Shown here in pieces: positions 32,586 through 41,369 of a stretch of 50,311 nt of DNA. Source of the stretch: Deltaproteobacteria bacterium (GTDB lineage: Bacteria > Myxococcota_A > UBA9042 > DTJE01); the NCBI GenBank assembly GCA_037442805.1, contig JBBIPO010000006.1:1-50311 (forward strand), read 5' to 3'. Position numbers and translations under genes: made by a program. The first letter of the stretch is position 1; every line of letters starts with the position of its first letter. The notes below the pieces were generated by a model. The model was given only the letters and a program-made list of their open reading frames with translations, was not told the DNA's origin and did no database searches.

Positions 32586-33730
32586 TGCTCACGAGTTCGT
32601 ATCCGTGTCGCGAGGGGGACTGGCGCGGGGGGTTCGTGCGCGACCTGGGCCGGGCCCTGGCACGCGAGGGACTGCGCGTGACGGTCGCGGCCCCGAGGCC
32701 CCCGGGTCTGTTCCGCCCGCCCGTCGTCCGGGAGGGGGACCCCGTGACCCTGTGGCTGCCGTCGTGGTTGCCCACGCGCGCCCGGGGGTTCCACGGCGTG
32801 GGGCTCGCGGCGAACCTCCGGCGCGACCCGGTCGCATGGGTGAATCTCGCGCCGTTCCTGGGGGCCTATGCCCTGGAGGCCCGCGTTCACGCGGCCCTCG
32901 CGGACGTGGTGGTGGCGCACTGGCTCCTGCCGATGGGGCTGGTCGGGGCCGTGGTTTCGCGATGGGCCGGGCGTCCGTTCGGGGTCGTGGCGCACTCCGG
33001 GCCACCGTGGCCAGTCCCCTCGTGGCTCGTGCGGTCCGTGGTGACCCGCGCCGCGTCGGTCGCGTGCGTGTCGGAGTCGGTGCGCGGCGAGGTCGAGGCG
33101 CGGGGGGGAGTGGGGGGGCGCGTCGAGGTCCTGCCCCTGGGCATTGATCTGCGGGCGAGCGCGGAACCGCGCCCACTGGATGGTCGTCCCTTGCGGCTCC
33201 TGTTCGTGGGCCGGCTGGTGCCCGGGAAGGGCGCGGACCTGCTGGTGCGCGCAGCCGCTCGGATGGCCGGGGGCCCGCCCATTCGTTGGACCGTGGTCGG
33301 GGACGGCCCGGAACGGGCGCGCTTGGAGGGCGCTGCTGGCCCGGGCGTGCGGTTCCTGGGCGAGTGCGACTCCGAGCGGGCGAGAGCCGAGATGGCGCTG
33401 CACGACGCGCTCGTGATCCCTTCCAGGACGGGGTGGTCCGGGCGGGCGGAGGGCCTGCCGAGGGTCCTGTTCGAGGCGTGGGCGTGCGGTCTGCCGGTCC
33501 TGGCCGCGGACACGGGGGGGCTCGGGGAGTCGGTCCGGCGGCACGGCGGTGGTGTCCTGTTTCCGCCAGAGGACGTGGAGGGTCTGGTGCGCGCGGTCGA
33601 GGCGTTCCGTGGCGACGCGGCGTTGCGGTCCAGATTGCGTCGCGGGGCCCTGGATGCCGCCTCGCGTCATGCCTGGGAGCGCCTGGGTCCGCGCTGGGCC
33701 CGGTGGGTCCGCGGGCTCGCGGCCGCATGA
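32573..33730 (+). CDS. Family 4 (GT-B, RfaG-like) glycosyltransferase
   Basis: ATG at 32573 overlaps the GT2 stop by 13 nt. N-terminus MRVLMLTSSYP...GGF. C-terminal motifs are ..LLFVGRLVPGKGADLL.. and ..PSR...EGLPRVLFEAWACGLPVLAADTGGLGE.. (E-x7-E-type). Confidence 0.85.
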   Translation: MRVLMLTSSYPCREGDWRGGFVRDLGRALAREGLRVTVAAPRPPGLFRPPVVREGDPVTLWLPSWLPTRARGFHGVGLAANLRRDPVAWVNLAPFLGAYALEARVHAALADVVVAHWLLPMGLVGAVVSRWAGRPFGVVAHSGPPWPVPSWLVRSVVTRAASVACVSESVRGEVEARGGVGGRVEVLPLGIDLRASAEPRPLDGRPLRLLFVGRLVPGKGADLLVRAAARMAGGPPIRWTVVGDGPERARLEGAAGPGVRFLGECDSERARAEMALHDALVIPSRTGWSGRAEGLPRVLFEAWACGLPVLAADTGGLGESVRRHGGGVLFPPEDVEGLVRAVEAFRGDAALRSRLRRGALDAASRHAWERLGPRWARWVRGLAAA

Positions 33731-33781
33731 GACCGTGCTGCCTCGTGCCCTCGTTGCCGGAAAGACGCGGCGCACCCTGGC

Positions 33782-35554
33782 CTACGGGCAGTCCATCTGG
33801 TCCGTGTCCCGGAAGCGCACAACGACCCCGAACGAGGGGTCCCACGAGGGGCTCGGGTCCTGGCCGACGATCAGGCCCTCGTCGCACCGGACGCCAGGTC
33901 GGAAGGCGGCGGCCAGGAGGTGGGTGCTCGAGTTCGCGAAGAACGGCGCGGTCCCCCAGTTCGCGATGTGCTGCGCCACGAAGTCGCTCGCGGAGAAGGC
34001 CGCTCCCTTCGGACGATGCTCCACGAGGTGATAGGTCACCGGGAACCCGTAGGGCTGGCCGAGGACCAGGGCCCGCCGTCCATCGGGCCGGAAGGCCACG
34101 TCGAGGATGCCGCTCCCGGTCTCGGTCAGGTACGCCTTGCTCCACGTCCCGTCGAACACGTACAGGACATTGGACGACGTCCCGGACACGAGGCCGTACC
34201 CGCCACCCGGTCGCCAAGCCGCGCGCCCCATGTTTCCGAACCCGCCGAGGCTCCCCGGCGTGGGCACGACCTCGTGGCTGACGAGGTACCACAACTTCGC
34301 GTCCACGCCGTTCCACCCGTGCACGAGGAGGGCCGCGGGACCGGCCGGCAGGAGCCCCGCCGGGACCCAGACCACGTCCGACACGCCGGCGGAGGCGTTG
34401 TAGCCCTTGAAGTTCGTGGTGGTCCCGGTGATCGGGTCGAACAGGCAAAGATAGTTTACATTGTAACTACCTGACTGGCCCACAATGATTGCGTTTTGGG
34501 CGGACTCGTCGAACCGGATGGACACGAAGCGGGCCGGCTGGCGGGCGTCCTCGAGTTCCACGAGGGACTGGCTTCCGTCGGCCACCCGGAACACGTGCCC
34601 CACCCCTGCCGGGTCGTGGCCCACGACGAAGGCGTCGCCCGTGGGATGGAAGGCCACGCGGGTCGGGGTGACCGCCCCCGTGGACCCGATGGAGGCGAGG
34701 GCCTGCATGGGCTCGGCGTCCGGGTCGAAGCGGACCACGGCCCCCAGACGGTTCAGCAGCACGGCGTAGCGACCCTCGGGGTGCCAGGCGACGTCCACGA
34801 AGTCGTCCCGAAACCAGGCGTTGGGGACCGCGTCGTAGGTCAGGCGGTGGGAATCGGGACCGCACAGGAGGGTGTCCAGGGTGCAGTCCGACCGGCAGGA
34901 CAGGGTGCCGGGGCCGTAACCGAGCGACTCGCAGGTCGTTTCGCCCAGGTGCGGGCCGTCGCATTCCTCTCCAGGGTCCAGGAGGCCGTTGTTGCACCCG
35001 ACCCACGAGACCTCCCGGACCTCGCCAGAGTCGTCTCCCGCGAGGTCCTGCGTCGCCTCAGTGACATCGGGTCGTGGGTCCGCGTCCAGGTCCGGGGGGC
35101 TGCCCTTGTCCCACCATGCGTCAGGCGGCCCGTCCTCGCCGGGCGAGTCCTTCGGCGCGGACGCCGGGTCCTCGGGGCCGCTCGCGTCGTCCGCGGGCAA
35201 GTCCGGCATGGGCTCGTTCCCGGTCGTCGGTTCGTGCGCCGGGTCCGCCGTCCCCGGGTCCTGAGGGTCCACCGGAGTGTCGCGGCTCCCGACGTCCGAA
35301 GGGAACTCCCCCAGGTCCGCGGTGATCTGGAACGGCACGCACCGGCCGTCCTGGCAGGACGCCTCCGGGGCGCAATCCACGATCACCCGGGACGATACGC
35401 CGTCGGAAAGGCATTCGCGCAGGAGGTCTCCATCGCAGAACCGGGCCCCGGCGGGGCATGTCCCGCGGCCCGCGCCGCCACGGCACATCAGCGTCCCCGC
35501 GAGGAGGACCGCCACGACCGGCATCACGCACCCGAGTCTGAACGGGCTCGCCAT
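33782..35554 (-). CDS. Secreted protein: Cys-rich head, acidic Pro/Asp-rich linker, a CxxG..GEECD Myxococcus-type cysteine-rich repeat, and a C-terminal beta-propeller-like domain
   Basis: ATG at 35554 (MASPFRLGCVMPVVAVLLAGTLMC..) gives a signal peptide; the 672-aa track ORF has a spurious extension. ..GCNNGLLDPGEECDGPHLGETTCESLGYGPGTLSCRSDCTLD.. matches the CGNG..GEECD repeat. The C-terminal 330 aa shows repeated ..V.[FW].P.G....V.. blades. Confidence 0.65.
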   Translation of the reverse strand: MASPFRLGCVMPVVAVLLAGTLMCRGGAGRGTCPAGARFCDGDLLRECLSDGVSSRVIVDCAPEASCQDGRCVPFQITADLGEFPSDVGSRDTPVDPQDPGTADPAHEPTTGNEPMPDLPADDASGPEDPASAPKDSPGEDGPPDAWWDKGSPPDLDADPRPDVTEATQDLAGDDSGEVREVSWVGCNNGLLDPGEECDGPHLGETTCESLGYGPGTLSCRSDCTLDTLLCGPDSHRLTYDAVPNAWFRDDFVDVAWHPEGRYAVLLNRLGAVVRFDPDAEPMQALASIGSTGAVTPTRVAFHPTGDAFVVGHDPAGVGHVFRVADGSQSLVELEDARQPARFVSIRFDESAQNAIIVGQSGSYNVNYLCLFDPITGTTTNFKGYNASAGVSDVVWVPAGLLPAGPAALLVHGWNGVDAKLWYLVSHEVVPTPGSLGGFGNMGRAAWRPGGGYGLVSGTSSNVLYVFDGTWSKAYLTETGSGILDVAFRPDGRRALVLGQPYGFPVTYHLVEHRPKGAAFSASDFVAQHIANWGTAPFFANSSTHLLAAAFRPGVRCDEGLIVGQDPSPSWDPSFGVVVRFRDTDQMDCP

Positions 35555-35658
35555 GGGCGGATCATGCCAGAAGTGGCCGACCGGGGGTAAACAACGAGAG
35601 GGCGCCGGCCGATGGACCATCGGAAAGGCCGACCGGAGCCGGCCTGAAACGGGGGACA

Positions 35659-36768
35659 ATGAACCGAAACATCTCGAACCGACTCCTGGACCGCGCCGGA
35701 CAGAAGGATTCCCTGTGGACCGACCGTGATGAGCAACGGTTCCGGGAGGCCCTCGCCCTCGCCCAGGAAGCGCGGCAGCGCGTCGAGGCCCACGACCCAC
35801 AGACCCACGAGCACGGCGTGCGCGTTGCCCAGTGGGCGTTGCTCCTGGCCATGCGACTCCCCGGTTTCGACCACAGGCGGCTGCGGCGGCTGGAGATCTC
35901 GGCGTTGCTGCACGACTACGGGAAACTGATGGTCCCCGCGTCCATCCTCAATAAGCCGGGGAAACTCGACGAACACGAGTGGGAGTTGATCCGGCGTCAC
36001 CCGGAGATCGGGGCGATGAGCGCGCCGGTAAGCCCGGAGTTCGTGAATCGGGACGTGATCCTGTGGCACCACAAGCGATTCGATGGGGGCGGGTATCCCG
36101 CCGGGGACCTGTCCGGGCTCGGCATCCCCATCGAGGCCCGCATCACGTCGGTGGCGGACGTATTCGATGCCGTCGCGTCGAACCGGGCGTACCACCAGGA
36201 TGGCAAGGGCCTTCCGCCCGGCCGGGCCCTCGACGTGCTGAACCGGGTCGCGGGGACGGCCCTGGACCCGACCCTGGTCGCGTTGTTCGGGACGATCGTC
36301 GGGGAGGCCGCAGACGCGGTCGGCGGCGACGTGGGGTTCCAGACCCTCGCCGTGGCGTCCGTGATCCAGGTCGAGGCCGCCCGCGTTCGCAAGTACCTGC
36401 GACACGAGTTCGGAGTCTTCGACCCGAACGACCCGCTGGGCGGCGTGGATCCCCCTCCGGGGCTCGAGGAGCGGCTCGTCAGAACCGTGGTCCGGGCCAG
36501 TCTGGACGAGACGTCGGCGCGCAACCTGGTCCGGCACGTGCTCCGGTTGCCCTTGTCCGAGACCTTCCGCCGCGAGGACCTGGCGATGGACGACGCGGCA
36601 CTGCACGCGGCCGTCCAGAGGGCCGGGAACCACGAGGAAGCCGTCCTCTACCTTCGACCCGACCGGTCCCGCCTGTCGTACCACAGCATCGTGGTGTTCC
36701 AGGGGGAGTTGTGGCTCTGCGTCGGAGAGCAGGTCGCGGACCGTACCCGGGTCCTGCTGATCCGGTGA
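35659..36768 (+). CDS. HD-GYP domain protein (probable cyclic-di-GMP phosphodiesterase or related signalling protein)
   Basis: ..HEHGVRVAQWA..ALLHDYGKLMVP..IRRHPEIG..WHHKRFDGGGYP..ADVFDAVAS.R.Y.. are the HD and HHExxDGxGYP-type signatures (K-R replaces E-x here). Confidence 0.85.
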   Translation: MNRNISNRLLDRAGQKDSLWTDRDEQRFREALALAQEARQRVEAHDPQTHEHGVRVAQWALLLAMRLPGFDHRRLRRLEISALLHDYGKLMVPASILNKPGKLDEHEWELIRRHPEIGAMSAPVSPEFVNRDVILWHHKRFDGGGYPAGDLSGLGIPIEARITSVADVFDAVASNRAYHQDGKGLPPGRALDVLNRVAGTALDPTLVALFGTIVGEAADAVGGDVGFQTLAVASVIQVEAARVRKYLRHEFGVFDPNDPLGGVDPPPGLEERLVRTVVRASLDETSARNLVRHVLRLPLSETFRREDLAMDDAALHAAVQRAGNHEEAVLYLRPDRSRLSYHSIVVFQGELWLCVGEQVADRTRVLLIR

Positions 36769-36857
36769 CCCCGGTGCCCTTCGCCGTCCAGTCGCTTGAT
36801 GCCCCCGTTGCGGCGTGAAGGCCCGAACTGGTAAGGTCTCTGCTCGGAGGTGGACCC

Positions 36858-39254
36858 ATGGGTTGGTCGGTCCGCGTCGTGATTTTCCTCGGGGGGCTGC
36901 TGGGGTGTCCGTCCGTTCCCAAGGGGCCAGGAGATGTCGTCTTCCCCGAGGGCGGCGTGGTGGACGCCCCGGGGGACGCCGCGGCGGATGCGGGGGACTG
37001 GGACGGGCGCGACGCACGGGATGTGCGGGACCGCGAAAGTGGCTCCGCCTCCGGCGAGGGGACCTGGGACCCTGGCTGCGTTCCGCAGTGCTGGAGCCGG
37101 GTGTGCGGGCCGGACGGGTGTGGAGGGGTCTGCGGGGTCTGCCCGGAGGGGACCGCGTGTTCGTACGACCGCTCGATGTGCGTGTCGCAATCCGTGCAGA
37201 AGGCGCTCGGGGCCCCATGTGGCCCGACGGAGGACTGTCTGCCGACGGCGGCGTATCCGGGGGGGTCCTACCCCAACCCCCGCTGGCCGGGATGTCTGCA
37301 CGACCAGTGCCTGCAAGGCCCGTGCGTGGCGGGCTTCTGCTCGCGCCCGTGCCGCATGATGCAGGACGTGGTCGTCAACGGGACCGACCTCATGGCCCCG
37401 GACGGGATCGAGGACCCGGACACGCCGGTGACCGACTGCGCGGGGGGGCAGACCGACCTCTTCGGGAGGGGATTCGCGTGCGTCCTGGTGGATCCAGGCG
37501 CGACCGAGGGCCTGTGTTACCCGGTCGCGTCCTTTGAGCCCTGCGAGGGCCAGGGGTGTCCGGAGGGAGAGACGTGCGGCTTCCTTCCGGTGCTCGGCAA
37601 CCTCGAGCGCCGGTGCCTGGCCGCGCCCGCCGGCGCCGCGGGGATCGCGGAGCCGTGCGGATACGACGGGCTGACGGGCCGGGCGACGAGGTGCGAGGCA
37701 TGGGCGTGCACGGCGGACGGGTGCACCCGGGCGTGCACGTCGGACGGGGATTGCGCGACTCCGGGGGCGTCGTGCGAAGCAAGGAGCGGCCTGTGTTCCG
37801 GCGCGGGTGGGCGGTGCGAAGACGCTGGGGATTGCAGCGCGTGGGTCTGCCGGCCGGACGTGGTCCTGGGGGACCTGGGGTGGCCGTCCGGGACCGGAGC
37901 CGGAGGCGCCACGATGATCGTGCAGGCGTGCGGCCCGCGCGAGTGCCTCCGGGACGCGGACTGCGGGGACCCGGGGTTCTACTGCCTGCACGAGGCCCGG
38001 GCGGATGGCCCTGGCATGGCGAGCGTCGTGGGCCGGTGCGCGCGACGGGAGAGCGGGGGACAGCCGCTCGGGGCCCCCTGCGACGACGACCCGGGCGATG
38101 GGAGGCCGGACCTCGTTTGCCAGGACCGTGCGTACTGCCTCGACGGACGATGCGGGGCGATGTGCGCCGGGGAGGACGACTGCAAGGGGGTCGAGGGTGG
38201 TCGTGGGTCGCCCGCGGCGTGTGGGCTGCGCGAGTTCGACGCGGGCGAGGGGTTCCCCTGGGACGTCCCGGTCCCTGTTCCCGTCTGCGTGTGGGGCGGC
38301 GAGTCGTGGGCGCCGTGCGAGGTGCGGGAAGACTGCGAGGCCGGAGTCTGCACGCCGTGGATTCCGGCCGCGACGGGGGCGGTCGAGTTGCGGTGCCTGG
38401 AGCCGCCGGCTGGCAGCGTCGCTCCGGGAAGTGCCTGCGGCGTGGCGGCGTGGGGCCAGGTCTGCGACACGCGCGTCTGTCTGGGCGACACGGGCGTCTT
38501 CGCCGGTCTGTGTTCCACGGTGTGTCGCGACGCGGGGGATTGTCCGGCGGCGTTGCCGGTGGAGGGGGCGAAGTTCCTGTGCGAGGCCGTGCGATTTTCG
38601 CAGGCAGGGACCGTGTACCTCGCAGACGACGCCTACGTATCGTGGTGCATCCCCGTGTCCGAGGGTAGCACGCTTCAGCCGTGCGAGCCGGTCGGGTCGT
38701 GCGCAGTGGCCGGCGAGACGTGCCGCGCCGTGGTGCGAAGCGGGGTTCCGGGGGGCGAGGACCGGGTCGAGTACCGATGCGTGCGGGTCGAGGCGGGAGG
38801 CCAGACCGGCGCGGCATGCGACCCGGACAGGGGAGGGCAGGGGTGTCGTTCCGGGGTCTGCGCGCCCACCGCAGTGCGGGGCGTGGGGTTCTGCACGACG
38901 CCGTGCGACGCGGACGCAACGTGTCAGGGGCTCGCGGGCGGGGCGGCCCGGTGCGTGGCGCGCGTGGTCCTGCCGCGGGACCCGCCGCTTCAGCCGGTGA
39001 GCGTACGCGAGTGCCGCGTGGTGGATGACTGCGTGACCTGCCACGACGACCGGGACTGCCCGGACCCCTCGCTGAGATGCGCGAACATGGCGACGTTGCC
39101 GTACCAGGACGATTTCCGGTGCGCGCCCACCTGCGAGGCGGACGGGGATTGCGCGGCCTGGGGAGGTGGGGTCACGTGCATGGAAGTGGACGCCCCGCTC
39201 GAGACCTCTAGGACCGGCAAGGTCCGGGTGTGCGCGCCGCTCGCATGTCCATAG
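36858..39254 (+). CDS. Large, extremely cysteine-rich lipoprotein of unknown function (798 aa)
   Basis: ATG at 36858 has GGAGG upstream. Signal and lipobox are MGWSVRVVIFLGGLLGC. Recurrent modules of the type G-x-[PA]-C-x(n)-C-x(n)-G-x-C-x(2,3)-C-x(2)-D-x-D-C occur (e.g. GAPCDDDPGDGRPDLVCQDRAYCLDGRCGAMCAGEDDC, and GAACDPDRGGQGCRSGVCAP..GFCTTPCDADATC). Confidence 0.7.
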   Translation: MGWSVRVVIFLGGLLGCPSVPKGPGDVVFPEGGVVDAPGDAAADAGDWDGRDARDVRDRESGSASGEGTWDPGCVPQCWSRVCGPDGCGGVCGVCPEGTACSYDRSMCVSQSVQKALGAPCGPTEDCLPTAAYPGGSYPNPRWPGCLHDQCLQGPCVAGFCSRPCRMMQDVVVNGTDLMAPDGIEDPDTPVTDCAGGQTDLFGRGFACVLVDPGATEGLCYPVASFEPCEGQGCPEGETCGFLPVLGNLERRCLAAPAGAAGIAEPCGYDGLTGRATRCEAWACTADGCTRACTSDGDCATPGASCEARSGLCSGAGGRCEDAGDCSAWVCRPDVVLGDLGWPSGTGAGGATMIVQACGPRECLRDADCGDPGFYCLHEARADGPGMASVVGRCARRESGGQPLGAPCDDDPGDGRPDLVCQDRAYCLDGRCGAMCAGEDDCKGVEGGRGSPAACGLREFDAGEGFPWDVPVPVPVCVWGGESWAPCEVREDCEAGVCTPWIPAATGAVELRCLEPPAGSVAPGSACGVAAWGQVCDTRVCLGDTGVFAGLCSTVCRDAGDCPAALPVEGAKFLCEAVRFSQAGTVYLADDAYVSWCIPVSEGSTLQPCEPVGSCAVAGETCRAVVRSGVPGGEDRVEYRCVRVEAGGQTGAACDPDRGGQGCRSGVCAPTAVRGVGFCTTPCDADATCQGLAGGAARCVARVVLPRDPPLQPVSVRECRVVDDCVTCHDDRDCPDPSLRCANMATLPYQDDFRCAPTCEADGDCAAWGGGVTCMEVDAPLETSRTGKVRVCAPLACP

Positions 39255-39284
39255 GCGGGCACGGGGAACCCGATCGCCGCGCCT

Positions 39285-41369
39285 TCAGAAGACGTCCGGA
39301 CCGACCTCGATCAGATAATCCGGCGTGAACGATAGCGGATAGAGGAACCCGTCGGGACGATGCGTCTGCGCGGTCCCAGCGACCCCGGTCGCGTCGAGAG
39401 AAGGGCCGTTTTCGCGCCACCACGCCTCGACCGAGGCGTTCTTTTCCGCGACGTCGCGCAACAGCGCGACGTTCGCGGCGGGGTCATCGCCGACCTCCGC
39501 GGCGCGCTCGGGCCCGACCAGGTTCCGGTAGATGCGGCGCCTCGCCTCTCGCACCCAGTCGGGGTCCAACACGGACACGTTCAGTTCGCCCTCGTACAGG
39601 AGCCCACGATTGTTCTTGTTGCAGGAACCCACGGACAGGTACTCGTCGTCCACGATCAGCATCTTCGAGTGCACGTCCATGTCCACGAAGTAATACGACG
39701 CGGACTCGTCCCCGTCTTCCGGCGGCTCGAGACGAGGGACCGCGTCGAAACTCTTCAATTGAAACAGAAGATACCGGTCGCCGGCGGCCTTGCGCAGGGC
39801 GCGATCCATCTCGATGGTCCACTTCTTGGCCCCGTCCGCGAGCGACACGGGCTTGGTCACCACGATCAGGGTGACCCAGGGCCGTTCCACGAGGGTCGCG
39901 AGGAGGGTCGGGAGCAGGATGGGCATCCGCCAGTACTGGTCCTCGACATAGATGAACGAGGTCGCGTTGCGCAGGGCCTTGGTCCACGTCTCGAGGATGG
40001 ACTGCTCCTCGATGGGGGGAGGGAGTGTCGCGACCACCTGGACGAGCGGGTGGCCGACCACGGGCGAGAAGTCCCAGGACCCCACCGGGACCGGCCGGGG
40101 GAACGGGGTCGCGTGCTCGGCGTACATCGCGCCCTCGGCCAGCGCCCGGTCCCAGCGGACCCAGAGGACATCGTCCACGTCGGAGGCCGCCGGCCCCTCG
40201 ATGCGGATGCCGTAGTCCTTGCGCGGCCCCAGGTCCGGCCACTGCTTCTTGTCCCGCACGCGCAATCGCTCGGCAACGGGCGTGTCGAACTTCATCCTTC
40301 TGGAATCGAAGACCAAGTGGTCCGAGGTGTCCCAGTCCGTGCTCTTGACGTTCATGCCGCTGACGTAGGCCACGCGCCCGTCCACGACAAACGCCTTCTG
40401 GTGATACGACGCCGCGTCCAGGGCGGTCAGGACCTCGGCACCGCGCGCGACCCCGGGCCACGCCTCGCCCGCGAACTCCGGGTTGCGCGCGACCCTCTCC
40501 GCGAACGACCACGCCGGGACCGGGCCGTCGTACGTGCCGGTCAGAGGGACCTCGGTCGCGTTCCCCTGGAGGACCACCTCGAAGCCGTCGTGATCCGCGA
40601 CGCCTCTTGCGCGGATGTCCGGGTCCGTGTTGAGGTAGGCCATCCCGGTCGCGGTCTCGGGCGCGAACCGGTTCACCAGGAGGCGCTTGAACGCGGGCGA
40701 GGGGTCGAGGATGGCGAGGGCCGTGTTGGCGCGCCGCGCCTCCGCGCTCATGGTCTCGTGCCCCGGGGGACGCAGCAACTCGAAGTCCGACTGCCACCAC
40801 CAGGTGCTCATGCGGATGTCCGTGGTCGCGCGCAACAGGTCCGCGTGCACCGCGCTCCAAAACGCCTCGCCATCCATCAGGAGGTCCACCTGGTTCCCGT
40901 CGCGGAACGGGCGGCCCGACGAGGCGAACCACGCGTGGTCCAGTCCAACGAAGCATGAAAGGCGACAGGGGTCGGTCGCCGCGTGGGAGGTGGCGGTCCA
41001 TGCGGGGCCTGACACCACGCGCGGGGCCAGGTCCGCGTCGGGCCCCACCTCGACCGTGGCCGGCAGAAACCCGTCCGCCCGGGCCGTGACGAGGAGCGGT
41101 GCTTCCAGAATCGCGACTGGGTCACGGTCGCGCGCGGTTTCAAGGACCTGGTCCCCGGTCGCGAGCGTGACCTCCCAGGAGGGGAGGCGGCGGCCCCAGG
41201 CGTCGAGCACCACGACGCGGACTTGGGCCGGCCCCTGGCAGAGGCGTCCCGCGTCCCCACCGGCCACGTCGGTGCTGGCGTCCGGGGGGGGGAAAGGCCC
41301 CGAGGCGGAGCCGCAGGCCCAGCCGCCGAGCACGAGCAGCCAGGCGACCGCATGGGGATTCAAGGTCAC
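39285..41369 (-). CDS. Exported phospholipase D-superfamily protein with two HKD motifs
   Basis: GTG at 41369 overlaps the upstream stop as GTGA. N-terminus VTLNPHAVAWLLVLGGWAC is signal/lipobox-like. HKD motifs are ..SYHQKAFVVDGRVAYVSGMN.. and ..DVHSKMLIVDDEYLSVGSCNKNNRG... The 918-aa track ORF has a spurious N-terminal extension. Confidence 0.85.
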   Translation of the reverse strand: MTLNPHAVAWLLVLGGWACGSASGPFPPPDASTDVAGGDAGRLCQGPAQVRVVVLDAWGRRLPSWEVTLATGDQVLETARDRDPVAILEAPLLVTARADGFLPATVEVGPDADLAPRVVSGPAWTATSHAATDPCRLSCFVGLDHAWFASSGRPFRDGNQVDLLMDGEAFWSAVHADLLRATTDIRMSTWWWQSDFELLRPPGHETMSAEARRANTALAILDPSPAFKRLLVNRFAPETATGMAYLNTDPDIRARGVADHDGFEVVLQGNATEVPLTGTYDGPVPAWSFAERVARNPEFAGEAWPGVARGAEVLTALDAASYHQKAFVVDGRVAYVSGMNVKSTDWDTSDHLVFDSRRMKFDTPVAERLRVRDKKQWPDLGPRKDYGIRIEGPAASDVDDVLWVRWDRALAEGAMYAEHATPFPRPVPVGSWDFSPVVGHPLVQVVATLPPPIEEQSILETWTKALRNATSFIYVEDQYWRMPILLPTLLATLVERPWVTLIVVTKPVSLADGAKKWTIEMDRALRKAAGDRYLLFQLKSFDAVPRLEPPEDGDESASYYFVDMDVHSKMLIVDDEYLSVGSCNKNNRGLLYEGELNVSVLDPDWVREARRRIYRNLVGPERAAEVGDDPAANVALLRDVAEKNASVEAWWRENGPSLDATGVAGTAQTHRPDGFLYPLSFTPDYLIEVGPDVF

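Noticed and set aside
36829-36844. Sigma-54-like element TGGTAA-GGTCT-CTGCT upstream of the Cys-rich lipoprotein gene
   Set aside because: The GG-N10-GC spacing is right, but the flanks are weaker. The predicted transcription start (about 36855) would fall downstream of the GGAGG RBS (36846-36850) and only about 3 nt before the ATG, so it is unlikely to be functional.
36648-39044. 798-aa ORF antisense to the Cys-rich lipoprotein gene, plus several overlapping 300-500-aa ORFs
   Set aside because: These have Arg/Pro/Ala-rich junk composition, whereas the plus-strand frame has a lipoprotein signal and an ordered Cys pattern.
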